DNA of 27,748 nt from Octopus sinensis (GCF_006345805.1 NW_021827599.1:1-27748); one strand, 5' to 3'. Positions 1-11,549 are shown, counted from the first letter of the stretch. Notes: a model not told the origin generated them from the letters alone. A program made the numbers and translations.

Positions 1-148
1 TCACTAAAAAAATATCCCTCCCTTTCTATAGGCTACTTTTGACGTAATCATATAACGTTTTTTCAAACAATCTTATTGCGTTCAGTAAATCACTATACAT
101 ATCCATCATTTTCTGTTAAAATGTTTTATTGACAATTTTAATTTTTTC

Positions 149-235
149 ACTTTCCTGAAGAGAAGATTACATTGTTTTACACCATAAATTCCTTTGGAAT
201 AATATCAGTGAAATCTTCGAAACATGTGTCGAAGT
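149..235 (+). ncRNA. Type I hammerhead ribozyme (minimal stem III, long stem II), probably in a Penelope-like/retrozyme terminal repeat
   Basis: CTGAAGA core at 155-161; stem II GAAGATT(162-168)/AATCTTC(212-218), extendable by CATTG/CAGTG; GAAA at 219-222; stem III AC(A)..(T)GT; GUC cleavage triplet ending at 230; stem I ACTT(T)C(149-154)/GAAGT(231-235). Confidence 0.75.
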
Positions 236-434
236 AAAAGTATTTGAATTATACCTGCGTTAAACACATTTATTTATTTATATATTATACAAAAAATTCC
301 TCGTAAACCCGAAGTTTCTAACTTTAAAAACAAGGAGTTACAACCTCTTTACTTGTGTGATTTTTTGCTACCCTGGGAACTATTTTTCTATTTTTTCCGC
401 GTTAATTGTTAACAAGGAAAAATACAGTCATCTA

Positions 435-440
435 TTTATG

Positions 441-480
<40 letters not shown>

Positions 481-593
481 CAAAACATATGATATATATA
501 TATATACATAGATGTATATATCTATATATCTATATGTATAAATATATATTCATAAGTCTATATAATATATAGTACATACACGTCAATACATTT

Positions 594-636
<43 letters not shown>

Positions 637-795
637 TCATTCATAAATATTTACATTGTATACATCACGACATGAATATATTATATTATATTTTATATAA
701 TGTGTGTGTGTGTGCGTGCGTGTATGTACGTACACACAAACATATATATATATTCATAAATATATCCGTAGTTATATCTACACACGTACGTACGT

Positions 796-828
<33 letters not shown>

Positions 829-860
829 CACACACAAACACACACACACACAGTCACACG
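435..860. repeat. (TA)n/(TG)n/(CA)n microsatellite tract
   Basis: Direct inspection. Confidence 0.95.
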
Positions 861-1205
861 CACCCAACAAAACTTTTACATTATTAATTCCCATCCTCTA
901 ACGTCTTCTACTCTTGACAACGAACTTGTTCAAATCTTATCACTCTTTGATAAATACACTTATTACTATTAAGAAAAACACCAAGTAATGTTCTATAACT
1001 GATAAATATCACAGATATCAGCGTATATAAACCGATGCTTGTTATCCTAGATGAGAGAACTTTACAGTTAACCAAACTCAAACACAGGAAGTAACAGACA
1101 TTAGTGACAGCCATACCACAGAATGACTAATTGACCGTTTATGGCATTAATTAATTAAGAGTTATCTTATAATAACACTTTGTTGTTTATGATAGTCGTT
1201 TCTTT

Positions 1206-1770
1206 AAGGCGGTGAATTGGTAAAAGCATTAAGGGAGAGGGAAGCACTCCGTCGGTTACGACGACGAGGGTTCCGTTTGATCCGAATCAACGGAACAGCC
1301 TGCTCGTGACATTAACGTGTACGTGGCTGAGCACTCCACAGACACGTGCACCCTTAACGTAGTTCTCGGGGACATTCAGCGTGACACAGAGAGTGACAAG
1401 GCCGGCCCTTTGAAATACAGGTACAACAGAAACAGGAAGTAAGAGTAAGAGAAAGTTGTGGTGAAAGAGTACAGCAGGGATCACCACCATCCCCTGCTGG
1501 AGCCTCGTGGAACTTTTAGGTGTTTTCGCTCAATAAACACTCACAATGCCCGGTCTGGGAATCGAAACCGCGATCCTATGACCGCGAGTCCGCTGCCCTA
1601 ACCACTGGGCCATTGCGCCTCCACGGTAAAAGCATTAGTGCATCGAACAAAATGCTTTGCTTGGGCTGGTCTTAGAAGCATTTCGTTTGTCAAATTCCGC
1701 CGAGTTCGACTTCGCCTTCCGTCCTTTTGAGGTCGGTGATATAAATACTGTTTGACCACTGGTATCGACT
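1206..1770 (+). mobile_element. Degenerate SINE family B, split by a SINE-C insertion
   Basis: AAGGCGGTGAATTGGTAAAAGCATTA head (1206-1231) resumes at 1625 and continues to TCAAATTCCGCCGAGTTCGACTTCGCCTTCCGTCC, homologous to SINE-B copies at 10224, 12288 and 16282. Confidence 0.75.
1232..1624 (-). mobile_element. Full-length tRNA-derived SINE family C with 13-bp TSD
   Basis: Minus-strand head GGAGGCGCAATGGCCCAGTGG (A box)...GGTTTCGATTCC (B box); perfect direct repeat GGTAAAAGCATTA at 1219-1231 and 1625-1637; CGTCG-GTTA-CGACG hairpin near the 3' end. Confidence 0.88.
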
Positions 1771-1819
1771 CAATCAAAATTTCATGAAGGGATTGATATT
1801 ATTTTGAAAAGGTAATATT

Positions 1820-2064
1820 AAAGGAGAAAGGGGCTCTCTACCCCACTTTTGACCAGGCTCCCATTGGCTTTTATGGGTTTTTCCACCAGGAACCTTTCGA
1901 AGCGCCTCCCTCTATTGGGAGTTTTTCGTTGTTATAAATCTTGATTGTTACACTGTTTTTACACGGCTTTTTACAAACGGACAAAACCCTTTGTAACCTT
2001 TCGTCCTGTTTTGTCCCTTTTTTGTTATAATTAATTTTTGTCAGCCCTTGTGGCCAATAAAAGA

Positions 2065-2107
<43 letters not shown>
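1820..2107 (+). mobile_element. Probable LINE 3' UTR/end with AATAAA and (ATT)n tail
   Basis: Pyrimidine-rich segment ending AGCCCTTGTGGCCAATAAAAGAA followed by (ATT)n; terminal motif shared with SINE-B tail 1. Confidence 0.55.
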
Positions 2108-2109
<2 letters not shown>

Positions 2110-2154
2110 GCCCAAACTTTTGTCTGGCACTTAAACCAAATTGAAATAGATTTG

Positions 2155-2986
2155 ATTCTTTTATCCCTTTATTTGCTTCAGACATTAGACTGCGGCCATT
2201 CTGGAGCATCGTCTCGAAGAAGGTTGTGTGGAAGGAATCGACTACAGAACTTATAATTAAAGCCTGGCACTTATCCTGTCGGGTCCGTCCCGCTAAATTC
2301 GGTAACATAAACACACCAGCACCGGTTGTCAAGCAATGGCGTGGGACAAACACAGACCGCACAAAACACACACACACACACACACATATACTCTTTTACT
2401 CTTTTACTCTTTTACTTGTTTCAGTCATCTGACTGCGACCATGCTGGAGCACCGCCTTTAATCGAGCAACTCGACACCGGGACTTATTCTCTTGTAAGCC
2501 CAGTACTTATTCTATCGGTCTCTTTTGCCGAAACACGGACCATAAACACACCAGCATCGGTTGTCAAGCAATGCTAGGGGGACAAACACACACACGCACA
2601 TATATATATATATATATATACATATATACGGACGGGTTCTTTCAGTTTCCGTCTACCAAATCCACTCACAAGGCTTTGGTCGGCCCGGGGCTATAGAAGA
2701 AGACACTTGCCCAAGGTGCCACGCAGTGGGACTGAACCCGGAACCATGTGGTTGGTAAACAAGCTACTTACCACACAGCCACTCCTGCGCCTATACATAA
2801 ATATGCATACACAAGATAGGCTTCTTTCAGTTTCCGTCTACCAAATCGACTCTCAAGCGCTTAGCCGGCTGTAGACTTTGGTAGAATTTACAGGCCAAAA
2901 ATTGCCAAAGGTATCACGCTGTGGGACTGAACACAGAGCTATGTGGTTGGGAAGCAAAATTTTTACCACATAGCCACGCCTGCGCC
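2155..2986 (-). mobile_element. Older SINE family A copy, interrupted by a younger SINE-A
   Basis: 3' module at 2155-2360 and 5' module at ~2815-2986 (ends ...CCACGCCTGCGCC); both diverged from the other A copies. Confidence 0.8.
2391..2791 (-). mobile_element. Full-length SINE family A (tRNA-like head, internal microsatellite, (AAAAGAGT)n tail)
   Basis: Reverse complement of GGCGCAGGAGTGGCTGTGTGGTAAG...GGTTCAGTCCC...CCTTGGGCAAG...GACTGAAACAAGTAAAAGAG; highly similar to copies at 3008, 6162, 9438 and 21377. Confidence 0.92.
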
Positions 2987-3007
2987 TATACCGTTTTAAA
3001 TTTTGGT

Positions 3008-3435
3008 ACAGGATTTGCTGTGTGGTAAGTAGCTTGCTAACCAACCACATGGTTCCGGGTTCAGTCCCACTGCGTGGCATCTGGGCAAGTGTCTTCTGCT
3101 ATAGCCCCGGGCCCAGCCAATTGCTTCGGAGTGGATTTGGTAGACGGAAACTGAAAGAAGCCTGTCGTATATATGTATATATATATATATATGTATGTGT
3201 GTTTGTTTGTATGTCTGTGTTTGTCCCCTAGCATTGCTTGACAACCGATGGCTGGTGTGTTTTACGTCCCCGTTACTTAGCGGTTCGGCAAAAGAGAACG
3301 ATAGAATAAGTACTGGCTTACAAAAAGAATAAGTCCCCGGGGTCGAGTTGCTCGATTAAAGGCGGTGTCCACATGTCCAGATGGCCGCAGTCAAATGACT
3401 GAAACAAGAAACAGAGTAAAAGAGTAAAAGAGTAA
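3008..3435 (+). mobile_element. SINE family A, full length
   Basis: GCTGTGTGGTAAGTAGCTTGC...GGTTCAGTCCCACTGCG...AGAGTAAAAGAGTAA tail. Confidence 0.92.
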
Positions 3436-3600
3436 GTCCAGAAAATTAAAGGGGAGGGTGTTAGTCGATTAAATCGATCCAGGGTGCTCAACTGGTACTT
3501 ATTTTGTCGACACCGAGAAGATGAAATACGAAGCTCACCTCGGCGGGGTTTGAACTCTGTACGTAAGTACCCGCAACAAAAGCCGCTAAAGATGCTTTAA
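3436..3600 (-). mobile_element. Degenerate SINE family B
   Basis: AACTGGTACTTATTTTGTCGAC...CCTCGGCGGGGTTTGAACTC matches the reverse complement of SINE-B. Confidence 0.7.
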
Positions 3601-3727
3601 CGATTGAGCCATTAATAAGAATAATAATTATATAAAATACAGCTTCTATATTCGAAAACATAATCAGTCTAATTACGTACGAAATAAAAACAGATTATTT
3701 TCTTGAAAGAGTGGCTTATTCCAATAA

Positions 3728-3776
<49 letters not shown>

Positions 3777-3957
3777 ACTACATACTTACTACTACACTAC
3801 TACCCTAATACTGCCTACTGCCACCACCACCACCACTACCACCACCACCACTACCACCACCACTACCAAACTATACCTACTACTACTACTACTACTACTA
3901 CTAATACTACCACCACTACTACCACCACCACTACCACCACCACTACCACCGCCACTA

Positions 3958-3994
<37 letters not shown>

Positions 3995-4159
3995 GCTACC
4001 ACCACCACCACCACTACCACCACCACCACCACCACCACCAGCCAAAACAACAACAACAACAAAACGGCAACGGCGGCAATAATAGCAACAACAAGAATAA
4101 ATGACAATCACCACGACCAGAAGAAAAAGCAAGAGGAGAAGAAAGAGAAAAATAATGAA

Positions 4160-4223
<64 letters not shown>

Positions 4224-4340
4224 GCCGAACGACAGTAAAAGTTAGAGGAAGAAAAAAAATAAAAATAAAAATAAAAATAAAAATAAAAATAAAAATAAAA
4301 ATAAAATAAAAATAAAACTAAAAATAAAAATAAAAAATAA
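3728..4340. repeat. Compound (TAC)n/(CAC)n, (CAA)n, (GA)n and (TAAAA)n simple repeats
   Basis: Direct inspection; explains the poly-Y/T/H/P ORFs. Confidence 0.97.
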
Positions 4341-4566
4341 CAGAAACAAAAATACCAAAGTCCATCGATGATGGTTAGTGGCCGGAATCTGTCCGCTCGT
4401 ATCTTCGCTGCTTTGTTAAAAAAAAAAAAAGCGATATTAAGAGAGGAAATTATAGGTAGTTATAAAGCACGTAAATATATATTAGATATATTTTTAGTAT
4501 ATCGATCCGGTTATAAGAGAATAGGATTATTCAAACAGATTGACCATTCTAAGAGTAACACTGATT

Positions 4567-4649
4567 ACACACACACACACACATGCACAAACAAATACAT
4601 TAATATACATATATATATAGATATATATATCATATATATATATATATAG

Positions 4650-4694
<45 letters not shown>

Positions 4695-4695
4695 C

Positions 4696-4726
<31 letters not shown>

Positions 4727-4800
4727 CACACACACACACACACATAATATATTATATATATATATATATACATAATATATATATATACACACATATATAT

Positions 4801-4836
<36 letters not shown>

Positions 4837-4849
4837 ACACACACACACA

Positions 4850-4919
<70 letters not shown>

Positions 4920-5145
4920 ATCTTTATAATGTGTTTGTGTGTGTGTGTGCATAAAAAAAGGAAAAACTAGAATAACCAGCAATTGATCCAGACAGCAAAT
5001 GCCTTATATCTATCCCTATGTTAATGGTATGTGCGCGCGTTCTTTTTCTTTGTTGCGCGTAGGGTTAAACGTATATAAAGATACACAACACATATATGCA
5101 TCTGCATATATCGATCTATCTATTATCTATCTATCTATCTATATA

Positions 5146-5189
<44 letters not shown>

Positions 5190-5492
5190 ATTATATCTAT
5201 TTCTATCTATCTATCTATCTATATTTATTTACATATATATACATATATATATATATAGATATATATATTATATATATATATCTATATATATATATATATA
5301 TATACAGATATACATAGATATATATATACACACCACAACATATATATATGCTGGAATATATAATAAAAAATATTCATAAAACGTAAATATAGTACATACA
5401 CACATATATATATTTGTCTGCTTCTGTCGATCTCTCTGTCTCTTTTATACTCTCTGTCTCTTTTATACTCTCTGTCTGCCTCTCTCTCTCCC

Positions 5493-5529
<37 letters not shown>

Positions 5530-5540
5530 GATATATAGAG
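4567..5540. repeat. (TA)n/(CA)n/(TCTA)n/(CT)n microsatellite field
   Basis: Direct inspection. Confidence 0.95.
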
Positions 5541-5786
5541 GGGAAAATTAAGAAGAACTCAAGCGCAAATTATTAGTTTCTCCGTATGTTTCACGAGGAA
5601 ACCAAACGCAGGAACCAATAATTTATATCTTAATTCCCCCCCCCCGTACATATAGTCAGTATATTATAACTAGTAACACTGCGAAGTACAGTGGTTGACT
5701 AACAACTATACTCGAACCTGATTGGATAATGTTATTCTATATGAAGTTTTAACACTACACAAGTACACACACACACGCGCGGGCGC

Positions 5787-5859
5787 ACATAACTGGAGCT
5801 TGCTATTCTCAGGTTTAACATTTCATTAAAGCAGACGATACTATAAAACGTAACTCAAG
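5787..5859 (+). repeat. Dispersed 73-bp motif, paralogous to 25587-25659
   Basis: Ungapped manual alignment gives 59/73 identity, core TTAAAGCAGACGA.AC.ATAAAACG. Confidence 0.75.
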
Positions 5860-6161
5860 TATACTCTTCCGTGATGATAAATAAGATCAACAAAAAATGC
5901 ATTATATCTGGTGAGACAAAATATTGTCTAATAAACACAATATATGTTTTTATGTGCTATTAGTTTCATGTGTCGGGATCATGCCAGACAATATTCTTTT
6001 ACATGTTTGGTGTCACAGTACAATCTTCAGGCACTGCCCACATGGCATTACGCGTAAGTAGTACCTAAAGATTGTGCTGGGACAGTAAACGTATCAAAAA
6101 TACTGTCTAGGAAACTCTCATTACAACAAGTATTGTGTTTATAAATTATATATATATATAT

Positions 6162-6569
6162 TCTTTACTCTCTTTTACTCTTTTACTTGTTTCAGTCATT
6201 TGACTGTGGTCATGCTGGAGCACCACCTTTAGTTGAGCAAATCGACCTCAGGACTTATATTTTTTGTAAGCCTAGTACTTATTCTATCGGTCTCTTTTGC
6301 CGAACCGCTAAGTTACGGGGCCGTAAACGCACTAGCATCGGTTGTCAAGCGATGTTGGGGGGACAAACACATACACACAAACGTATACACATACACATAC
6401 AAATATACGACGGCTTCTTTCAGTTTCCATCTACCAAATCCGCTCACAAGGCATTGGTCGGCCCGAGGCTATAGTAGAAGACACTTGCCCAAGGTGCAAC
6501 GCAGTGGGACTGAACCCGGAACCATGTGGTTGGTAAGCAATCTACTTACCACACAGCCACTCCTACGCC
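6162..6569 (-). mobile_element. SINE family A, full length
   Basis: CTCTTTTACTTGTTTCAGTCATTTGACTG...CCACACAGCCACTCCTACGCC. Confidence 0.92.
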
Positions 6570-6794
6570 TATATATATATATATATAAACATAAATGCAT
6601 GTATGAATACATACAACATAAAATATTATAATTTAATTCTATGATTTCAGAGATTTTTGACTGAAAAGTACATTGTGGTCACAAAATATGGCGTCTAATG
6701 TATTTTTCAACAGTGGACGTTTTGCTCAAAATTCGTTTCAATTCATTTCGATGCCGTACAACTATCAGAACTGCAGAATTTTGCATCCTGTCAT

Positions 6795-6872
6795 ATCAAC
6801 AGAGGAGAGTAAGTTCTAAGCCATTTTTTTGAAACGGACACATTTCTGAATGACGTCAACACGTAGATTCGC
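6795..6872 (+). promoter_or_regulatory. CRE (TGACGTCA)-containing module, copy 1
   Basis: TGACGTCA at 6851-6858 within ~78 bp homologous to 7843-7917; regulatory function is inference. Confidence 0.35.
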
Positions 6873-7044
6873 ATCTTTTCCAACGACAACAACAACAACA
6901 AAAACAACAAAAATAACAACAAAAACAACAACACACACACATTCACACACACGCGTGCACACACACACGCAAACACACACACACTGTTAGAGAAAGTGTA
7001 GGAGAAGTTACACGATTATACCTATCCTGACGTTTGAGTCAGCA

Positions 7045-7081
7045 TATATAATGTGTGTATATGTATGTGTGTATATGTATT

Positions 7082-7164
<83 letters not shown>

Positions 7165-7305
7165 TATATATATATATTTATATATATAATATAATTATAT
7201 GTATATATACATATGTGAGTGTATGTATATGTATATGTATGTACTTATCTATCTAACTAGTTAGCTATCTTACTGTGTATATATACATATATATATATGT
7301 GTGTG

Positions 7306-7337
<32 letters not shown>

Positions 7338-7771
7338 ATATTATATATATATATATATATACATACATATATTTATATACATGCGCATATGTGTACACAT
7401 GCACATGTATATATATATATACATATGTGCATATGTACATATGTATATATGTATACATATATATATGTATATATGTGTATATATATGCATATATATTTAT
7501 GAATATGTATATATGTTTAAATATATGCTATATATATATATAGCTATATACATAAATATGAATATATATATATGTACATATACGTATAACCATGTGTGTG
7601 TGTATAACCATGTGGGTGGGTACCTATACATGCATGTACATGAATATATGTGTGTGTGTATCTGTGTGTGTTTGTATGAATGTATATGTTCCTATATAAA
7701 TATATATTGTGTGTTTGTGTGTGGTGTATGTGTGTGTGTGTGTGTGTGAGCGTATTTCTGTGGAAATAGAT

Positions 7772-7809
<38 letters not shown>

Positions 7810-8385
7810 TTTTGTTTTTTTTCTTCTCTTCCGAAAATTTTCATCAACACAGGAAAGTTATTTTCAGCCAATCAGCAAATGGACAGATACGTGAATGACG
7901 TCAACAAACATATTCGCTCCCACACGAGCGCGCGCGCACACACACACACGCACAGAGCTTACACAGATACACATACACGCATATCTGTAGAGAAAAAGAA
8001 ATGGAAGTATCAGGTCATTTTAATCTCCGTTCTGTCTGAGGCAGAACATCCACCCGTCCATCCATCCGTCCATCCTTCCATCCATCCATCCGTTCATCAT
8101 TCCACACATACATGCATACATACATACATACATACATCCATCCATCCATACATACATACATTCATACATACATACATACATACATACATACATACATACA
8201 TACATACATACATGCGTACATACATGCATACATACACACATACATACATACATATACATACATACATACATACACACATACATACATACATACATACATA
8301 CATACATACAAACATACATACATACATACAAACATACATACATACATACACACATACATACATACACACATACATACATACATAA

Positions 8386-8417
<32 letters not shown>

Positions 8418-8548
8418 CATACATACATTCATACATACATACATACATACATACATACAAACATACATACATACATACATATACATACATACATTCATAC
8501 ATACATACACACATACATACATACACACATACATACATACATAATACA

Positions 8549-8585
<37 letters not shown>

Positions 8586-8860
8586 GACTGACGTTTATGC
8601 TTACATACATAAATACATACATGCATGCATGCATATATACAATGCATACATACATACAAACATACATACATGCATACATACATACAAACATACATACATG
8701 CATACATACATACATACAATGCATACATACATGCATACTACATACATACATACATACATATATATATGCATACATACATGCATGCATACATACATACATG
8801 CATATATACATGCATACATATATACGTGCAAGCATTCATGCATATATATGTAGCGGTTTC
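7045..8860. repeat. (TA)n/(TG)n and long (TACA)n microsatellite fields
   Basis: Direct inspection; source of the MYVC/HTYI pseudo-ORFs; unique island at ~7810-8050. Confidence 0.95.
7843..7917 (+). promoter_or_regulatory. CCAAT + CRE module, copy 2
   Basis: CCAATCAG at 7868-7875 and TGACGTCA at 7896-7903; homologous to 6795-6872. Confidence 0.35.
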
Positions 8861-8889
8861 ATGAAGGCATAGCGTGGATTCGATCCTCG

Positions 8890-9260
8890 ATAACCAAATT
8901 TCACTTAACAATACAACGAACTTTTTCCGACAGAGAAACATTAAGTTGACAGCAGTTACATTCGCTAGATGCCTTCGCCAAGTAGAATAATATTTTTGCC
9001 ACTTGACCTCTGCCAACCTTTTTGCATGCAGTGGAGAGTTAAATTGATAGAACAATAGTCCTCCCAAAATACCCATTGTTTGGATAACGGTATGGCTCTC
9101 TTTCTCGCGATCTTGCGACAATTGTATATACAGAAGATTCCCTGGCAAAAAAGAGATGACAGAAAGGCAACCACAGGCAAAATCTAGTCAGCGTGATAAT
9201 TCAACTGAGAGAAGGGCTTACCAGTGAGAATGTCAACTATGATGCAGTGTCTTATCACAA
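8890..9260 (+). pseudogene. Highly decayed RTE-clade LINE reverse-transcriptase C-terminal fragment
   Basis: Frame-shifted peptide remnants in the expected order: RTIVLPKYPLFG (cf. YRAVVLPTLLYG), IQKIPWQKR (cf. ILxIxWQD), QLR..VRMS (cf. QLRWxGHVVRM). Confidence 0.4.
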
Positions 9261-9437
9261 CACCACTACTGTTTAAATGTCAGGCACAATGAAGGTATTA
9301 CTTTGTCGACTCCCTGCATTTGACATTCGCTCTGTCTTCCTCTAATTCCTAGTTGGGCAGCTAACAGTTGACCAAACATAACCAGCATCAACATACAAGA
9401 AAAGATAACCCTAATGCTTTTATATGATACATATAAA

Positions 9438-9597
9438 AGGAGTGGCTGTGTGGTAAGTAGCTTGCTTACCAACCACATGGTTCGAGGTTAAGTTTTACTG
9501 TGTGGCATCTTGGGCAAGTGTCTTCTACTATAGCCTCGGGCCGACCAATGCCTTGTGAGTGGATTTGGTAGACGGAAACTGAAAGAAGCCCGTCGCA

Positions 9598-9677
<80 letters not shown>

Positions 9678-9858
9678 TGTGTGTCTGTGTATACCCCCAA
9701 CATCGCTTGGCAATCGATGCGGTTCGGCAAAAGAAATGACAGGAATATGTACTGGGCTTACAAAGAATAAGTCCTGGGGTCGATTTGCTCGACTAAAGGT
9801 GGTGCTCCAGCATGGCCGCAGTCAAACGACTGAAACAAGAAAAAGAATAAAAAGAATA
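9438..9858 (+). mobile_element. SINE family A with a small internal deletion
   Basis: GGAGTGGCTGTGTGGTAAG head to GACTGAAACAAG tail; the GGTGTGTTTACGTCCCCGTAACTTA segment is missing at ~9718. Confidence 0.9.
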
Positions 9859-10223
9859 CACTTGTTCATCGACGCAAGACATTACACAAAAAAACGGCGA
9901 ATAAATATTTCCTTAAAACTTCGATCGCTGTTCTTCTTCCATCTTGCTTACTTTCTCTTTTATGTTAGCCTTGGATACCACGAAATGCGGAAATGGCATA
10001 TTTTCAGCAATTCTGCTAAAAAATTTGTTTATTAATCGTATTTAATGAATCTGAAAAGAAAAGAAAAAAGAAAATAATAAGCACAAAATTTTGGTGAAGA
10101 ATTGACATCTTTAACTACACAACTAGCGCAGAGCCTACGATAAAAGCCGTTGTGTGTTTAAAATAAATATCATATAAATTAAACGAGGTATATTGCTTGA
10201 GTTGTGTAATATGAATCCTGTTT

Positions 10224-10777
10224 AAGGCGGCGAGCTGGCAGAATCGTTAGAGCGTCAGGCGAAATGCTTAGCGGTATTACGTCCGCCGCTACGTTCTGAG
10301 TTCAAATTCCGCCGAGGTCATCTTTGCCTTTCATCCTTCCAGAGTCGATTAAATAAGTACCAGTTACGCATTGGCGTCGATGTAATCGACTTAATCCGTT
10401 TGTCTGTCCTTGTTTATCCACTCTGTGTTTAGCCCCTTGTGGGTAGTAAAGAAATAGGTATTCCGTCTGACTTTACGTTCTGAGTTCAAATTCCACCGAG
10501 GTCGACTTTGCCTTTCATCCTTCCAGGGTCGATTAAATAAGTACCAGTTACGTACTGATGTCGATGTAATCGACTTAATCCCTTTGTCTGTCCTTGTGGG
10601 TAGTAAAGAAATAGGTATTTCGTCTGACTTTACGTTCTGAGTTCAAATTCCGCCGAGGTTGACTTTGCCTTTCATCCTTTCGGGTCCATAAATTAAGTAC
10701 CAGTTGCGTACTGGGGTCGATCTGATCGACTGGTCCTCCTCCCCCAAATTTCAGGCTTTGTGACTAGAGTAGAAAAG
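10224..10777 (+). mobile_element. Trimeric SINE family B with ~16-bp degenerate TSD
   Basis: Head AAGGCGGCGAGCTGGCAGAA; three GTTCTGAGTTCAAATTCC B-box units restarting at 10457 and 10614; flanks AATATGAATCCTGTTT / AATATGAATACCGCTT. Confidence 0.9.
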
Positions 10778-10929
10778 AATATGAATACCGCTTGTCTCTT
10801 ATTTGGGAATGTTTCGAGAAATTGTAACATATTTTAATTCATATGTGTTTATGAAATACATGTATGTGGTTTTATTCCTTTAACTGGTTCCTTGATAATA
10901 TATGAGTTGTTTTTGGAAGAACATACTGA

Positions 10930-11249
10930 TGGATATATGAAGATGTCGGATCAGCGAAAATATATTAGATGTTTTAAAGATTATATTTAGCAACTCGAAT
11001 ATCGGGTTACACAGAGATGATGGCTTGGCCGTTACACAACAAAAAAACATGGCATGCATTGGATATATTTAAGAAAGGGCTCATAAGCATCTTTAACAAC
11101 CTGAATCTAAAAACTATATAATATTAACACCAATAAGCTAGATGCATACAATACTTAAAATCCAGTGAACGTCTTTACTTTATCACTAAAAACTATGATC
11201 CACAATGTTAGCTGAGGAATCTCTAATCCCTCTTTGATAGAATCTTTGG
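10930..11249 (+). pseudogene. Penelope-like element RT fragment (degenerate), copy 1
   Basis: NIGLHRDDGLA at 10998-11030 (cf. the GLYRDDGL catalytic motif), then LDIFKKGLISIFNNLNLK; frameshifts and stops. Confidence 0.7.
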
Positions 11250-11280
11250 CAGAGTAATCGCGAGCGCGATTCATGTACAA

Positions 11281-11283
<3 letters not shown>

Positions 11284-11341
<58 letters not shown>

Positions 11342-11549
11342 CTTTTCTACTATAGGCACAAGGCCTGAAATTTGTGGGGAATGCATTAGTCGATTACATT
11401 GACCCCAGTGTTTCACTGGTACTTAATTTATCGATTGCAAAAGTATGAAAGGTAAGGTCGACGGAATTTGAACTCAGAACGTGAAAACGGACGAAATACT
11501 GCAATGCATTTTGCCTGGCGCGCTAATGATTCTGCCAACTTGCCACCTT
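11284..11549 (-). mobile_element. SINE family B (tail 2) with (ATT)n tail
   Basis: (AAT)n then CTTTTCTACTATAGGCACAAGGCCTGAAATT...GGAATTTGAACTCAGAACG...CTGCCAACTTGCCACCTT. Confidence 0.85.

Larger units (their letters stand above)
9949..11249 (+). repeat. Local segmental duplication, copy 1 (paralog of 12014-12971)
   Basis: Both copies start TACTTTCTCTTTTATG(T)TAGCCTTGGATACCACG and end GATAGAATCTTTGG, and share the SINE-B insertion site and the RT fragment. Confidence 0.93.

Noticed and set aside
908-1114. 68-aa minus ORF with a hydrophobic, signal-peptide-like start (MAVTNVCYFLCLSLVN) and a possible GTAAAG donor
   Set aside because: Short, no recognisable homology, weak splice site; cannot be supported without transcript data
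1545-1624. tRNA-like sequences (also ~15955-16023)
   Set aside because: They are SINE heads continuing into SINE bodies, with no complete acceptor stem
3703-4132. ORFs with poly-Y/T/H/P/Q runs
   Set aside because: Translations of (TAC)n/(CAC)n repeats, open in several frames, with no domain content
7771-8872. Long ORFs (204-271 aa) of HTYI/MYVC repeats
   Set aside because: (TACA)n microsatellite lacks stop codons
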